Below are positions 1-9,876 of a stretch of 57,027 nucleotides of DNA, in pieces. Both the position numbers and the translations under genes were made by a program. The DNA lies in NCBI GenBank assembly GCA_041742175.1, contig JBGSJB010000168.1, forward strand, positions 1 to 57,027. The letters are read 5' to 3'. The DNA is from Pirellulaceae bacterium (lineage in GTDB: Bacteria > Planctomycetota > Planctomycetia > Pirellulales > Pirellulaceae). Every line of letters starts with the position of its first letter. The first letter of the stretch is position 1. A model generated the notes under the pieces. It saw nothing but the letters and a program-made list of their open reading frames with translations. It was not told the DNA's origin and did not search any database.

Positions 1-103
1 TTTTGCTGCCACTTGAAGTTTGCTCTCGGCAAATGACCGTTGCGAAGCCTCCCGTGCTCAACCGACTCGCCCGGCTCCTCGTGAGCCCGGCGACAATGGG
101 CGG

Positions 104-112
104 ATTGTAGCA
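104..112 (-). promoter_or_regulatory. Candidate extended -10 sigma70 promoter (TGcTACAAT) for a gene starting near position 12 (GTG GCA GCA AAA) and running off the window
   Basis: Minus strand reads TTGCTACAAT, followed by a GC hairpin (68-92) and a possible GTG start at 12. Confidence 0.3.
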
Positions 113-309
113 ACTCCCACAACCTCTCGCCAGACTTACAATACCTCAACCGGTTATAAAGGCATTCAACCTAACTGCGCTCCACCCGACTGGCAGGCTA
201 TCTCCTTGAACTCAGCGCCACACTGCAACTTGCGCTGATTCGAAAGTAGTCCAACAAGTTTTGAGCGAAAAATCAGCTCGCGCTTCAGGCTCAAGGGAGA
301 AACACTAAC

Positions 310-1122
310 CTACAACGTTTTGCGCGTCGCTCTTATAAAAATCTGATCGCCGATTGAAATACCATGCTCAGCGGCCGCCGATCCGCGATTGACGGCTAAT
401 TCCAAGTAACCTTGCGAACCGATCAAGGCGAGCTGCACAGCGGGGTCGACGGCACCATAAGTTCGATTCCATTGCCATAAAGTCGATCGGTGCTGATGCT
501 CTACTTCAAGCATGTCGCCGGTTTGTAGGTGCGAGAAAGCTTGTTGAAGTAACGAAAGCTGAATGTTCGTGGTCGCATTGCCAAAGTGGTCGATCGCCAC
601 CACAACGGCAGAGATCCCTGCCGCCGTTCGCTTCGCTTGCGGTTCAGTCAATTGCGTCAATGTCGATACTGGCGGACCGAACTCGCCAAGCGGTATACCG
701 CTCGCTAAATGCGCCGCGACCGGAGCCATGATGTCGCGACCGTGAAATGTATCGCTCACCTCGGGCTGCCAGAAGTTGCGCTCCGTAAGCTCGACCGCCA
801 GTTGAAGTTCAAAGTCTGTTAACATCCGCGACAACAAGCCGTTGTCAGGAAGTACAAAAAGCCGGTCCGCAATTTGGACGCCGACCAATCGACGCGACGT
901 TCCGACGCCCGGATCGACTACGGCGACGTGAATCGATTGCGGCGGGAAACGAACGGCTGCCTCGCGTAAAGCCGCAGCTCCAGCAAGAACATTCTGAGCC
1001 GGGATCGCATGGGTGATATCGACGAGCGTGCAATCGGGAGCGATGCTAAGAACAACCCCTTTCATCTGAGCAACGTAAGTGTCATTAAGTCCAAAGTCGG
1101 TCAGCAGTGTGACGATCGGCAT
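310..1122 (-). CDS. SAM-dependent chlorinase/fluorinase family protein (DUF62, SAM hydroxide adenosyltransferase)
   Basis: Motifs TLLTDFG..D.Y, VVDPGVG, TFHGRD, IDHFGN and LELAVN. Start moved to ATG 1122 (MPIVTLL); the ORF track starts at 1197. Confidence 0.9.
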   Translation of the reverse strand: MPIVTLLTDFGLNDTYVAQMKGVVLSIAPDCTLVDITHAIPAQNVLAGAAALREAAVRFPPQSIHVAVVDPGVGTSRRLVGVQIADRLFVLPDNGLLSRMLTDFELQLAVELTERNFWQPEVSDTFHGRDIMAPVAAHLASGIPLGEFGPPVSTLTQLTEPQAKRTAAGISAVVVAIDHFGNATTNIQLSLLQQAFSHLQTGDMLEVEHQHRSTLWQWNRTYGAVDPAVQLALIGSQGYLELAVNRGSAAAEHGISIGDQIFIRATRKTL

Positions 1123-1382
1123 CGCGCTCTCTTCCAATAATTTGTTAAACGCTGGCAATTCCAAGAGATAAACTGTCCTCTTCCTGTCGTAAATCACCGA
1201 CTAGTCTCGCGCCAGCATTACCCAATTGAGTGGCAAATTTCACTACGACTGACTCTACCCATAGAATCGTTCAACTTTCCCATGCGAGAATCCCGATACC
1301 CCCACAGTAACGCAATTTAAGCGGCTTGTTCTCAGCCTACTGAGTTCCAGCACGATGCACAATTGGCGGCAAGGATGGGGCA

Positions 1383-2879
1383 ATGACGAAGCATATTCAG
1401 ACTCGCAGTTCAACCGCAACAACCGGGCGAAACAAACTCCGCCAGCTACTTCGATCCACTGTGACAGCCGGTCTCGTTGTTGGAATGAGTGCGATCGCTT
1501 CGGCTCAGACCGTAACTCAAACCGAATCGGTCTTGCCAGCGTTCCCTTTCGAACCGAGTTCGCTGTCGCTGCCTGTATCGCAAGACGCAGCGTTTCTTCC
1601 GCACACGACGGCAGTCTCAACCAGCAAGAAAACGACCTCTCATCGCGCGTCGGTGCTGTTGGGATTGAAGAAGTGCAGCTCATCGCACACTCATGCTCCA
1701 GCGAGCACCCCGTCGACAGCGTTGCCAAGCTTTCCATCGACCGCGCCATCACTGTACTCATCGAGCGGCCGCAGCTCGACGGTCGCCAGCACGGAAACTG
1801 TCGTACTCGCATCGGCTCAGGAGTCGCCAAGTGAGCACGCACTCGCCGAATCGAGCGACAAACAGCATCTAGTTCCGCCGACTTTCGCATCCGACGAATC
1901 GGCAGAAGAAGAGTCGTTAATCGATATCGAAATTCCAATGACGGCTCCAGCGCCGGTGGCTCAATCGGGCAGTCGATTGCCTGAGCTTGTAAAGCGCCCG
2001 CCCGCGATGCAACTCCATATCGGAACTGTGTCTGACCGCACTACAAACAGCATTTATACTGCAAGTGCGGAACAGTCCGAACGCAAGACTCAACAAGTGT
2101 ATGCACCAGAGTTGGCTCAAGCGAACTTTTCGCTGAGCGACTCGGATGAGCAGTTGCAGCCTGTAATGCCAATCACCGAGTTGCAACCGGCGCTTAGCAT
2201 TGCGGTCCAGCCAATGCTTAGCGAATCAACTTCGAGCGTCATGAACGTTCAGATCGAAGGCGAACCTAGCTCAGGGCAAGCTTTATCGCGGGCAATGGCT
2301 CCCAAGATGCCATCGAAAAATCCACCGACAACCGCTCCGGCTAGTGTGCCGAGTGCGCCTACTGAGAGTTCAAGCCGCATAGCAGCGACGCTCAAGTCGG
2401 TCTCAGACAAAGTCGCCGAGCAAATTCCTGCAGTAGGTGAACGATTGGAAGTCGGCTTGCATGAAGCGACCAACGTCGAAACTTCGCAGCCGATTAGCGG
2501 CCTTTCGGTCGAGCACCCAGAACTATGCCAAGTCCTGAAGAGCGGAGAACGGATGGTTTCGCTCGTCGGACTCAAAGCTGGTCAAACCCGCGTTGCCCTG
2601 TTCACAACTGATGAAACCGGTGAACGCAAGATTGAGATTCGCGAAGTCATGATCGCTGGAACGGAGTCGCGTCAAGCCGACATGAAATCGATGGCGATCG
2701 ACATCGGTCGAACTGTACACAACATGTATCCAAAGAGTCGCATCGAAGTGATCGCAGAAGACGAAGGACTGACAGTCCAAGGCTATGCGAGCACGGAAGA
2801 TGAAGCGAAAAAGATCATCAGCTTGGTGCGGCGTACTTCGTTGCAACCGGTAGTGGATCGCCTTGCGACTTACAAATAA
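1383..2879 (+). CDS. Secreted protein with long S/T/P-rich region and C-terminal pilus-assembly N-domain (T2SS-T3SS_pil_N-like) plus BON-like domain
   Basis: Signal-like N-terminus (AIASAQ). C-terminal 'LSVEHPELCQV...VSLVGLKAGQTRVALF' is followed by 'MYPKSRIEV..LTVQG....DEAKKIISLVR..VVDRL'. Confidence 0.65.
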   Translation: MTKHIQTRSSTATTGRNKLRQLLRSTVTAGLVVGMSAIASAQTVTQTESVLPAFPFEPSSLSLPVSQDAAFLPHTTAVSTSKKTTSHRASVLLGLKKCSSSHTHAPASTPSTALPSFPSTAPSLYSSSGRSSTVASTETVVLASAQESPSEHALAESSDKQHLVPPTFASDESAEEESLIDIEIPMTAPAPVAQSGSRLPELVKRPPAMQLHIGTVSDRTTNSIYTASAEQSERKTQQVYAPELAQANFSLSDSDEQLQPVMPITELQPALSIAVQPMLSESTSSVMNVQIEGEPSSGQALSRAMAPKMPSKNPPTTAPASVPSAPTESSSRIAATLKSVSDKVAEQIPAVGERLEVGLHEATNVETSQPISGLSVEHPELCQVLKSGERMVSLVGLKAGQTRVALFTTDETGERKIEIREVMIAGTESRQADMKSMAIDIGRTVHNMYPKSRIEVIAEDEGLTVQGYASTEDEAKKIISLVRRTSLQPVVDRLATYK

Positions 2880-2962
2880 ATCGACGCTGGGAATTCGACG
2901 AACTGTCGGTCCTAGCTCAAAAGGCCGCGAGCGCGCGGCGCAAAATTCGGATTTGACTGTTC

Positions 2963-2970
2963 GCCGATAA
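2963..2970 (+). promoter_or_regulatory. Possible sigma28-type -10 element (GCCGATAA)
   Basis: Exact GCCGATAA 56 bp upstream of the BBP7 ATG, but only a weak -35. A CCGATA also lies upstream of the 1383 gene. Confidence 0.25.
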
Positions 2971-3025
2971 CTGCGAACGCTGACGGGGTGGCTTTACTAG
3001 CAAGAATGCCAATTTGAGGATTACC

Positions 3026-4294
3026 ATGCGTAATTTCCTAACAACTACAAAAAGCGGTTTGTCGGCTGTCGCCGCAGTTGGCCGCCGAACTTGTTTAGCT
3101 GCCATGCTGGCGACATCGTTCTCAGCAACCAGCGGCGGGTTCGCAATCGCACAGACGCTTTATGGAGCGTCGCAGCCATCGCTAGCGATGGGTGATGCTG
3201 GCGAACAAAGCTACGGCTTAGTAAGCCGTGGCTCGATGAGCGACGTCACACAGTCGATCATGACTGGTTCGCTTCCGCCGGAATCGGCAACAGCGCAACA
3301 GATCAACGGTTCGGGGCTAGCGTCCACCAAACGCGTGCCCGCAACTCTGGCTTCGATGCCAGCTGTCATTGACGGCGGCTACTACGACGGTGGCGTGGTC
3401 TCTGGCAACAATCCATGCTTCACCACAGGCTGCGACGTATCATGGTACGTCGGCTACGAAGCTCTGTGGCTGCGTCGCGAAGGCGATGATAATTTTTCGC
3501 TCACACAGTTCACTCGTATGAACGAGTTCGACTACGAGCTGGGTGAGTTCGGTGGACGAATCACTGCTGGCCGCTTGTTCGATTGCACAAACGGTATCGA
3601 AGGCGTCTTCACCGGACCTTACAAGTGGCGTCGCAGTTCAAATGTAACTGGCCCTGGAAACATTAGCAGCCGTTTCCTGCCAACCGATGGACTCGACGGC
3701 GGCGACATCGATGCATTCAATGACGCAAACCAACACGTCCAGACCTACGAAGCAAAGTTCAGCAGCTACGAACTGAATCGTACCTGGTGGACATGGGATG
3801 TGCTTCAAACCATGGTCGGATTGCGTTACATCGACTACGAAGAAGACTATGCACTCTCAACCGCAAGAGCTGGTGTTGGCAACGGCTTGTTCCAATCCAG
3901 CATCAACAACAGCGCGATCGGACCACAAATTGGCGCACTGCTAATGCGTCCAGCAAGCTTGCGAACCAACTACGGTATTCGCGGCAAAGCGGCAGTGTTT
4001 GCAAACTTTGACGAAGTTTCAACCTTCATGAGCAACGCGGGAACATTGGTCTTGAACGCGAACGACGACGCAGTTGACCTCGCTGGTCTGGTTGAAATGG
4101 GCATCTTCGCAAACTATCAAGTTGTACCAAGCGTTCGCTTGACCGCCGGTTACGAGTTCATGTACTTGCCAGGTTTTGCAACTGTGCCCGATCAGAACTA
4201 CACCTTCTTGACTCCGAACACCGGTTCAAGCATCGAGAACGAGGACGAAGTATTCCTGCATGGTGGTAGCGTAGGCGTGCAAATTCTTTATTAG
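3026..4294 (+). CDS. Outer-membrane beta-barrel protein, BBP7 family
   Basis: Signal peptide; WYVGYEALWLRR; amphipathic strands; RLTAGYEFMY; C-terminal FLHGGSVGVQILY ending in an aromatic residue. GAGG RBS precedes ATG 3026. Confidence 0.75.
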   Translation: MRNFLTTTKSGLSAVAAVGRRTCLAAMLATSFSATSGGFAIAQTLYGASQPSLAMGDAGEQSYGLVSRGSMSDVTQSIMTGSLPPESATAQQINGSGLASTKRVPATLASMPAVIDGGYYDGGVVSGNNPCFTTGCDVSWYVGYEALWLRREGDDNFSLTQFTRMNEFDYELGEFGGRITAGRLFDCTNGIEGVFTGPYKWRRSSNVTGPGNISSRFLPTDGLDGGDIDAFNDANQHVQTYEAKFSSYELNRTWWTWDVLQTMVGLRYIDYEEDYALSTARAGVGNGLFQSSINNSAIGPQIGALLMRPASLRTNYGIRGKAAVFANFDEVSTFMSNAGTLVLNANDDAVDLAGLVEMGIFANYQVVPSVRLTAGYEFMYLPGFATVPDQNYTFLTPNTGSSIENEDEVFLHGGSVGVQILY

Positions 4295-4340
4295 GATCTG
4301 CTGCAGGCCAAGCACTTAGGGCCAACTCAAAAAGTCGCAT

Positions 4341-4376
4341 AAAACGCAGCGTGAAAACGCAGCGTTTTTTGCTTTT
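4341..4376. terminator. Bidirectional intrinsic terminator
   Basis: AAAACGCAGCGT-GAAA-ACGCAGCGTTTT (one mismatch) with A/T tracts, between convergent genes. Confidence 0.7.
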
Positions 4377-4418
4377 ACAACTCATGCATGCATGGCCTTG
4401 ACCGCGGAGAATGCAGAA

Positions 4419-5954
4419 CTATTCCGAAAACGCGAGCCTCACACGTTGACTCGTTCGCGCTAGCTCCGTGGCTACCTTTTTTATTTCGTCAGGCTTCGGT
4501 GGATCACGCTCGAGTTCGTGTTCAAGCAATTCAAGCCTTTTGCGCAACAATTGTGTTTGTGCTTGTTGGTAAGGACGGAGCTCGAACTTTCGAATCGCAT
4601 TGCCAACTTCCAGTCGACGCGACCATTCATCCCAAACGCCTATCCAAAACAAAGCGTGTTCCTTTTCACCTGAACTTGCACCGGATAGCACTTCCGCTCG
4701 CGCAACGCGCATCTCTTCAAGCGTCTCCTCGGCGGAGGGATAGTACGCATAGCAGGCAACGACACTGAAGGCGACTAAGCCCGCGATGCAGGTAAGCCCA
4801 ACGATACGCGGAGAAACTATCAGATCACCGCGCCCCGTTTTCGGGTTTTCCAGCGTAGATGAAGTAAGCAACCGCTCGATGCGATGCCGCGGAATTCCCC
4901 GTAAGCACAAACCGGCAACGATCAAAATCGCCAACACCACAGCACTAATCTTTTCGCTGATCGCAACGCTCTTGTCGAGAAGCTCAAGCACCGCGCCAAT
5001 GGTCAAAGTAGAACCTGCTTGAAATGGGTTCGTGTAGATATCGAACGCATGGGTATGTCCAGCCGGTTCAACGCCGGGCGGAATCAGCGGGCGGTCCACT
5101 GCGTAGGCACAGCCCAAAACAATCACAACTAGGGTTGTGAACCAAATACAGCACGACTTGAACCCATAATTTTTCGCAATCCAAAACAACGTCGCAAAGT
5201 TCATTCCCGTTCCCAGCAGCAGCAAGCTGAAGGCGGCTCCTGGCGAGTTACCGTGAGCGAACATCATCCCCAGTTGGCTCATGGCCAGCATCGGAGTCGC
5301 ATAAATTGGTACGGCGATCAAAGTCATCAACGCTGGTGCGAGCGGGTCCTTCTGCTCGACTGACGTTTGCAGTGCTCCGTGAGGCAGGAGCATTCCAAGT
5401 AACAGCGTGCCGCTAACCGCGACCAAGGTCAGCAAGCCAGTTGTACCAACAAGTTCACGCATCGAGAAAATCACACAGGCAAACAGTCGACTGATTCCTA
5501 TCGGTTTAAAATCATCGTTTTGCTCCGGTGCAACTGTTTGTTTACTAAAACGATCCCAAATCATGCCCAGAGCGGTAACCACGAGTAACGACGCGAGCGC
5601 GAATCCAATGATTACCGCCGGCCGTGAGAGAGTTAATCCGTAGAGAAGTGAAAGCGGATTGAACAGTGGAGCAGATATGGCAAACGCCGTGATCGCCCCC
5701 GCACGCACGCCAGCGCGTTTCATTTCCCGAAGTATTGGTATCACACCGATGGAACAAACTGGAAGCAACATCCCCAGCAGCCAACTTTGCGGCAAGGATC
5801 GAAGGCTCTCGCCGCCGAACAACCTCTGAGTTCCCGCCACGCCAAGGTAGTATCGCAGCACCGTGGCGATGAACAGGCCAATCAATAGAGTAGGAGTCGC
5901 CGAAGCCAACGCTTGCAGCGCCCGAACAAGACCACCAAGCAAAATTACGTCCAC
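4419..5954 (-). CDS. DUF318/ArsP-like permease with C-terminal helical extension
   Basis: Multiple TM segments; LLPVCSIGVIP, AFAISAPLFNP and PGAAFSLLLLG motifs; GHTHAFD His motif. Confidence 0.75.
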   Translation of the reverse strand: MDVILLGGLVRALQALASATPTLLIGLFIATVLRYYLGVAGTQRLFGGESLRSLPQSWLLGMLLPVCSIGVIPILREMKRAGVRAGAITAFAISAPLFNPLSLLYGLTLSRPAVIIGFALASLLVVTALGMIWDRFSKQTVAPEQNDDFKPIGISRLFACVIFSMRELVGTTGLLTLVAVSGTLLLGMLLPHGALQTSVEQKDPLAPALMTLIAVPIYATPMLAMSQLGMMFAHGNSPGAAFSLLLLGTGMNFATLFWIAKNYGFKSCCIWFTTLVVIVLGCAYAVDRPLIPPGVEPAGHTHAFDIYTNPFQAGSTLTIGAVLELLDKSVAISEKISAVVLAILIVAGLCLRGIPRHRIERLLTSSTLENPKTGRGDLIVSPRIVGLTCIAGLVAFSVVACYAYYPSAEETLEEMRVARAEVLSGASSGEKEHALFWIGVWDEWSRRLEVGNAIRKFELRPYQQAQTQLLRKRLELLEHELERDPPKPDEIKKVATELARTSQRVRLAFSE

Positions 5955-5964
5955 GGTGGTTCCT

Positions 5965-6450
5965 CTACTTAGTTATTGGATCGCTGAATGAGATCGCTTT
6001 ATCATCATGCACGACGAGCAGTTTCTGAGACTCTTCGAGCAAATTACAGAGCGATTCAATCTGCTGAGCCAGATCGGGTGACACCTGACTCGCCTTCTGC
6101 ATCTGCTTTCGAGCAACTTCACTGGCTTCATAGACTTTGTTCCACTGCTGCTCGGTCAGATCCGTGTCGGCAGCCACTTCTGGAATCCAACCAACAAGAT
6201 CGCGAAGTTCCTTGAGATCAACACTCACGCCGTCATTGTGCGTCGAGTCGAGCGTGCCTAGATTTGACAACCGTATTCGCATCTTTTCTGCAGCGTCGTT
6301 TAAATCGACTGGCCAATGGGCAGGCGTCGTATGATCGATTTCATGGAGCGAACTCTTTGATTCGCCGCAGCCGAGCAGGCAACCAAACAGACAAGCGACG
6401 AGTACCGCCGCGGAAGCAATTCTGTATCGCATCGTCTCGAGCTCGCTCAT
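5965..6450 (-). CDS. Hypothetical His-containing lipoprotein
   Basis: Lipobox LLGC; LHEIDHTTPAHWP; start overlaps the moxR stop codon. Confidence 0.65.
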   Translation of the reverse strand: MSELETMRYRIASAAVLVACLFGCLLGCGESKSSLHEIDHTTPAHWPVDLNDAAEKMRIRLSNLGTLDSTHNDGVSVDLKELRDLVGWIPEVAADTDLTEQQWNKVYEASEVARKQMQKASQVSPDLAQQIESLCNLLEESQKLLVVHDDKAISFSDPITK

Positions 6451-7403
6451 TGATATTTAGGTACAGCGATGGATGAAAGAATCGAATGAACAACGGATTC
6501 CGAGTTCTTGACACGAGCAACTAGGCGAACGGTCAGTACAGGAATCGCAACGGCTTGAATATCTTCAGGAATAACGAAGTCGCGGTCGGACAGTTTCGCC
6601 CAGGCCTGCGCGACGCGTTGCCACAATAGCATGCCGCGCGGACTGACGCCCAATGCGATGGATTCGTGCTGACGAGTTGCATTGCACAATTCGATCAAAT
6701 AGCGCTGGATGCGAGGATCAACTCGAACCTGCGAGGTTTCGTTCTGCAGTTTAGCAAGCGCTTCAAGCGTCAGCGAAGTTCCCTCTTCCGTTGCCTTCGA
6801 AGTTGGTCCACAAGCCGCGCTGAGAATCGCTAGCTGCGCTTCTGAGTCCGGGTAGCCGATCTCGACTCGCATGGCAAACCGATCAAGCTGCGCTTCAGGC
6901 AGCGGATAAGCACCGTGACTATCAATGGGGTTCTGCGTGGCGATCACGAAAAAAGTTGACGACAGCGTACGCGATATCCCGTCGATGGATACCTGTCGTT
7001 CCGCCATCGCTTCAAACAACGCGCTCTGTGTGCGCGGTGTCGTTCTGTTGATTTCGTCAGCCAGCAAGATGTCAGAGAAAACCGGCCCCGCATGAAACTC
7101 GAACTCACGCGTCTTCTGATTGAACAGATTGAAGCCAGTGATGTCTGTCGGCAACAAATCAGGCGTACACTGCACGCGCGCAAACTTCGCCCCGAAACTC
7201 TGCGCAACCGCCTTCGCTAAAGTCGTCTTACCAAGTCCAGGCAAATCATCGAGCAACAAGTGGCCTTGAGCAAGCAGGCAAGCAAGCACCAATTCGATCT
7301 TGTCACGCTTCCCCAGAAGGACGCGATTCAGTCGCTCGCGCAGCAACCCAAGCGCTGCATCGCCCGTCTGCTTCGGCTTAGAACTCAGTTGTAGCATGGA
7401 CAC
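6447..7403 (-). CDS. MoxR family AAA+ ATPase
   Basis: Walker A DLPGLGKT, QCTPDLLP, Walker B ADEINR, ATQNP, LPEAQLDRF, GVSPRG. Confidence 0.92.
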   Translation of the reverse strand: MSMLQLSSKPKQTGDAALGLLRERLNRVLLGKRDKIELVLACLLAQGHLLLDDLPGLGKTTLAKAVAQSFGAKFARVQCTPDLLPTDITGFNLFNQKTREFEFHAGPVFSDILLADEINRTTPRTQSALFEAMAERQVSIDGISRTLSSTFFVIATQNPIDSHGAYPLPEAQLDRFAMRVEIGYPDSEAQLAILSAACGPTSKATEEGTSLTLEALAKLQNETSQVRVDPRIQRYLIELCNATRQHESIALGVSPRGMLLWQRVAQAWAKLSDRDFVIPEDIQAVAIPVLTVRLVARVKNSESVVHSILSSIAVPKYQ

Positions 7404-9876
7404 TCACCGTTTCATTCGTTTTATTAGTTTGCCAAGCGGTTGACTTGTGCGGTCGCAATCGACGCAGGTAGAAGGTACTTGCCTCGCGCCAAATCTCCTT
7501 ACAAGCCTTACGGCCTTCAGCAGAAAGACCTCCACCACCACCGTAATTCAACTGATCCGCTTCGTTGAAAAAGCGATTCAAAGAGCCTGACCAAGGAGTG
7601 CGGTCTAACGCTAAGTTGCGCAACAGCCATTCTCGAGGCGAGATAGATCGTGGTCTGGCGATGCCTGCGAATCGACAGCGACGATCAAGTACACCTACCA
7701 CGAAGCGAACTCTTCGCCGATCACTTACTACCGGCGGGAAATAGCTTGCGATTCGCAAGAGACACTCGAACAGATACGCTCGACTAAGCCACAGCAAGCA
7801 AGCACCCGATAACAGGCCAACAACAGTGCCAGCGATCATACTCGCATTCCGCTTAATCAGATACAACCAAGTCGTGCGATAAGTTGGTGTTCGATATCCT
7901 GGCGTGGGTTCCAACGGAATCCATGTATCCGCGCCTATATTCACTTCAAGCCAAGCATGAGCATCAGCCGCAGTGATCGGAGTCTGTCCGGCCATTCGAT
8001 CGTAGCTGTTGGGGTCAACATAAAATCCCGTCACAAGTCGAGTCGGAAATCCGAGCTCGCGCAACATCACCGCTGCGGCCGTTGCAAACATCACATCATT
8101 GCCGCGACGCGTCATCAAAAATGTTTCAAGCGGAGTCGACGCACCCTCATCGAGCGCGGTATCTGATTCCGTCTCGGGATCAGCACCCGGCTCAGCGTTG
8201 GAAGCTTTCGCTAACGAAGTCGAACCGCTACGGTCAAAAGCAAACTCGCTGCGCAAGCGCTCAACCAGTAACTGCACATCGGCCCAACGGCTGCTTGAAT
8301 TCGGTAACCACTCGCGTGCAATCTGCTTCGCTAACTGCACTCCGCGGTCAGACGGCAACTCAGGTTCACTTGATGCCGGTGCGATTGCAGCTCCGGTGCT
8401 GGCACTGGTTAACGCTTCCAGCTTCTCTCGGTCGATCAATCGACTCACTAGGCGAACTGTGGTGTAATCAGGTACGTGATCGCGTCCGGGCATTTCGAGG
8501 CAGTGATCGCCCGTGAAGCCAAAGAAATCGGCTTTGTCGACCAAATCGATGTGCCACATTTGGACGCCGGCGGGCGTTGGAATACGATTGGAGCGAAAGC
8601 GTGTGAACTTGACCGCTTCGGCAACGGAATCCGCGTAGGGACCCGTTGCTAAGCCAGAATTGGCGTCGGTCGAAAACCAGACCCTCTCGCCGATTTTCAG
8701 TTCACCGAAGGTGGGCTTATTCTCCTGCAGTTCCTGATGCCACTCGGTTCCGTCAAAACGAGTATAGCGCTCGGTTGCCAATCTCTCTCCCACGCGCCCG
8801 ATCCAAAACATAGTCGCATTGGATCTGACGTCCTTTAGCGGTTGGCGAGGTTTGGGTTCGCTGCGTCGAGTGGTGAACGACTGTGTCGAAGAGTTGGACT
8901 GAGCAGTTCGCGAGCTTGTCGATCGCGTGTCGCGCGGCGCAAGTGCGATAGCGCGTTCGGTCTTTTTTTTGCGAACAGGTTCACCAAACTGATCATTAAA
9001 AATGTCGAAGAGACTCGGCATAGGCGAATCCAAGAACACATCGGTATCAACCGCTCCGAAGGATGCCGCATGATCGCGCGCTGCGACAACTGCGTCACCG
9101 TTACCGACGCCGGACCGAGCCGCGGCATCATACCGTCCGCTGCCACCACTGGTTTGCACTAGTTCGAGGGATGGCCGACTAAACATCACGGACCGCCCAC
9201 TCGCCGTCCATGCCGCAATGACGAATACCAAACCTCCAGCGATGATGGCGAGAGGAGTGCGCATATTGGTCGACTTCACCGAATCGATCTGACACGCTTC
9301 AACGCGTTCCCAATGGTTCGCGATCAACCACCACAGACATACCATGCCCCAAAGAAATGCGATGTAGACCGCTTGATGATGATCCGAGCTGACGGTTGTA
9401 AAAAGTGTTAGGAACCCGCTGCAGACGACTGAAATACTCAGCGTGCGATTCAACTGCGCGAACAGCGCAGCGACTAGCCCACCCCAAGCGAGTGCGCCCA
9501 AATAGGCGATCTCTTCCCCAGTCCCTCCACCTGCTTGTCGCGCCAAGAAATTTGCGACGATGGGAAAAAGCACGCACACCGTTCCTCCGATGAGCAGGAA
9601 CGTTTGTGGGTTGCGAGTGATGGTTGCTTTGCCTGAGCGATCGCCTTCTGAAACGCTACGCTGCGAAGTTGTTAGGCCGCGAGTGCCCGAGCGTTTGCTA
9701 ATCGCAAAAATCCAGCCGGTCGCACCTACCAAAGCTGCATGTAGCGCTGTCTCGATCGCGATAACTCCGAGACTCTCACACGTTGATCGCAGTCGAACGA
9801 GCGCGGCAATGGAAATTACCGCTAACACAATCGCACCCGATCGACGGCGATCTAAACTAAGCCGCGAAGCACGCAT
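7378..9876 (-). CDS. Membrane-bound transglutaminase-like protein (catalytic Cys replaced by Asp)
   Basis: N-terminal TMs; GNDVMFATA where GxCxxFA is expected; RLVTGF, AHAWLEV, WIPLEPTP; C-terminal TM. Confidence 0.8.
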   Translation of the reverse strand: MRASRLSLDRRRSGAIVLAVISIAALVRLRSTCESLGVIAIETALHAALVGATGWIFAISKRSGTRGLTTSQRSVSEGDRSGKATITRNPQTFLLIGGTVCVLFPIVANFLARQAGGGTGEEIAYLGALAWGGLVAALFAQLNRTLSISVVCSGFLTLFTTVSSDHHQAVYIAFLWGMVCLWWLIANHWERVEACQIDSVKSTNMRTPLAIIAGGLVFVIAAWTASGRSVMFSRPSLELVQTSGGSGRYDAAARSGVGNGDAVVAARDHAASFGAVDTDVFLDSPMPSLFDIFNDQFGEPVRKKKTERAIALAPRDTRSTSSRTAQSNSSTQSFTTRRSEPKPRQPLKDVRSNATMFWIGRVGERLATERYTRFDGTEWHQELQENKPTFGELKIGERVWFSTDANSGLATGPYADSVAEAVKFTRFRSNRIPTPAGVQMWHIDLVDKADFFGFTGDHCLEMPGRDHVPDYTTVRLVSRLIDREKLEALTSASTGAAIAPASSEPELPSDRGVQLAKQIAREWLPNSSSRWADVQLLVERLRSEFAFDRSGSTSLAKASNAEPGADPETESDTALDEGASTPLETFLMTRRGNDVMFATAAAVMLRELGFPTRLVTGFYVDPNSYDRMAGQTPITAADAHAWLEVNIGADTWIPLEPTPGYRTPTYRTTWLYLIKRNASMIAGTVVGLLSGACLLWLSRAYLFECLLRIASYFPPVVSDRRRVRFVVGVLDRRCRFAGIARPRSISPREWLLRNLALDRTPWSGSLNRFFNEADQLNYGGGGGLSAEGRKACKEIWREASTFYLRRLRPHKSTAWQTNKTNETVSVHATTEF

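Noticed and set aside
201-300. 6S RNA call based on CCTTGA...TTCAAGG
   Set aside because: Too short and lacks the symmetric central bubble architecture; kept only as an unexplained hairpin.
310-1122. True fluorinase/chlorinase
   Set aside because: Retains the DUF62 hydrolase-type motifs (VVDPGVG..R, TFHGRD) and has no halometabolite gene context.
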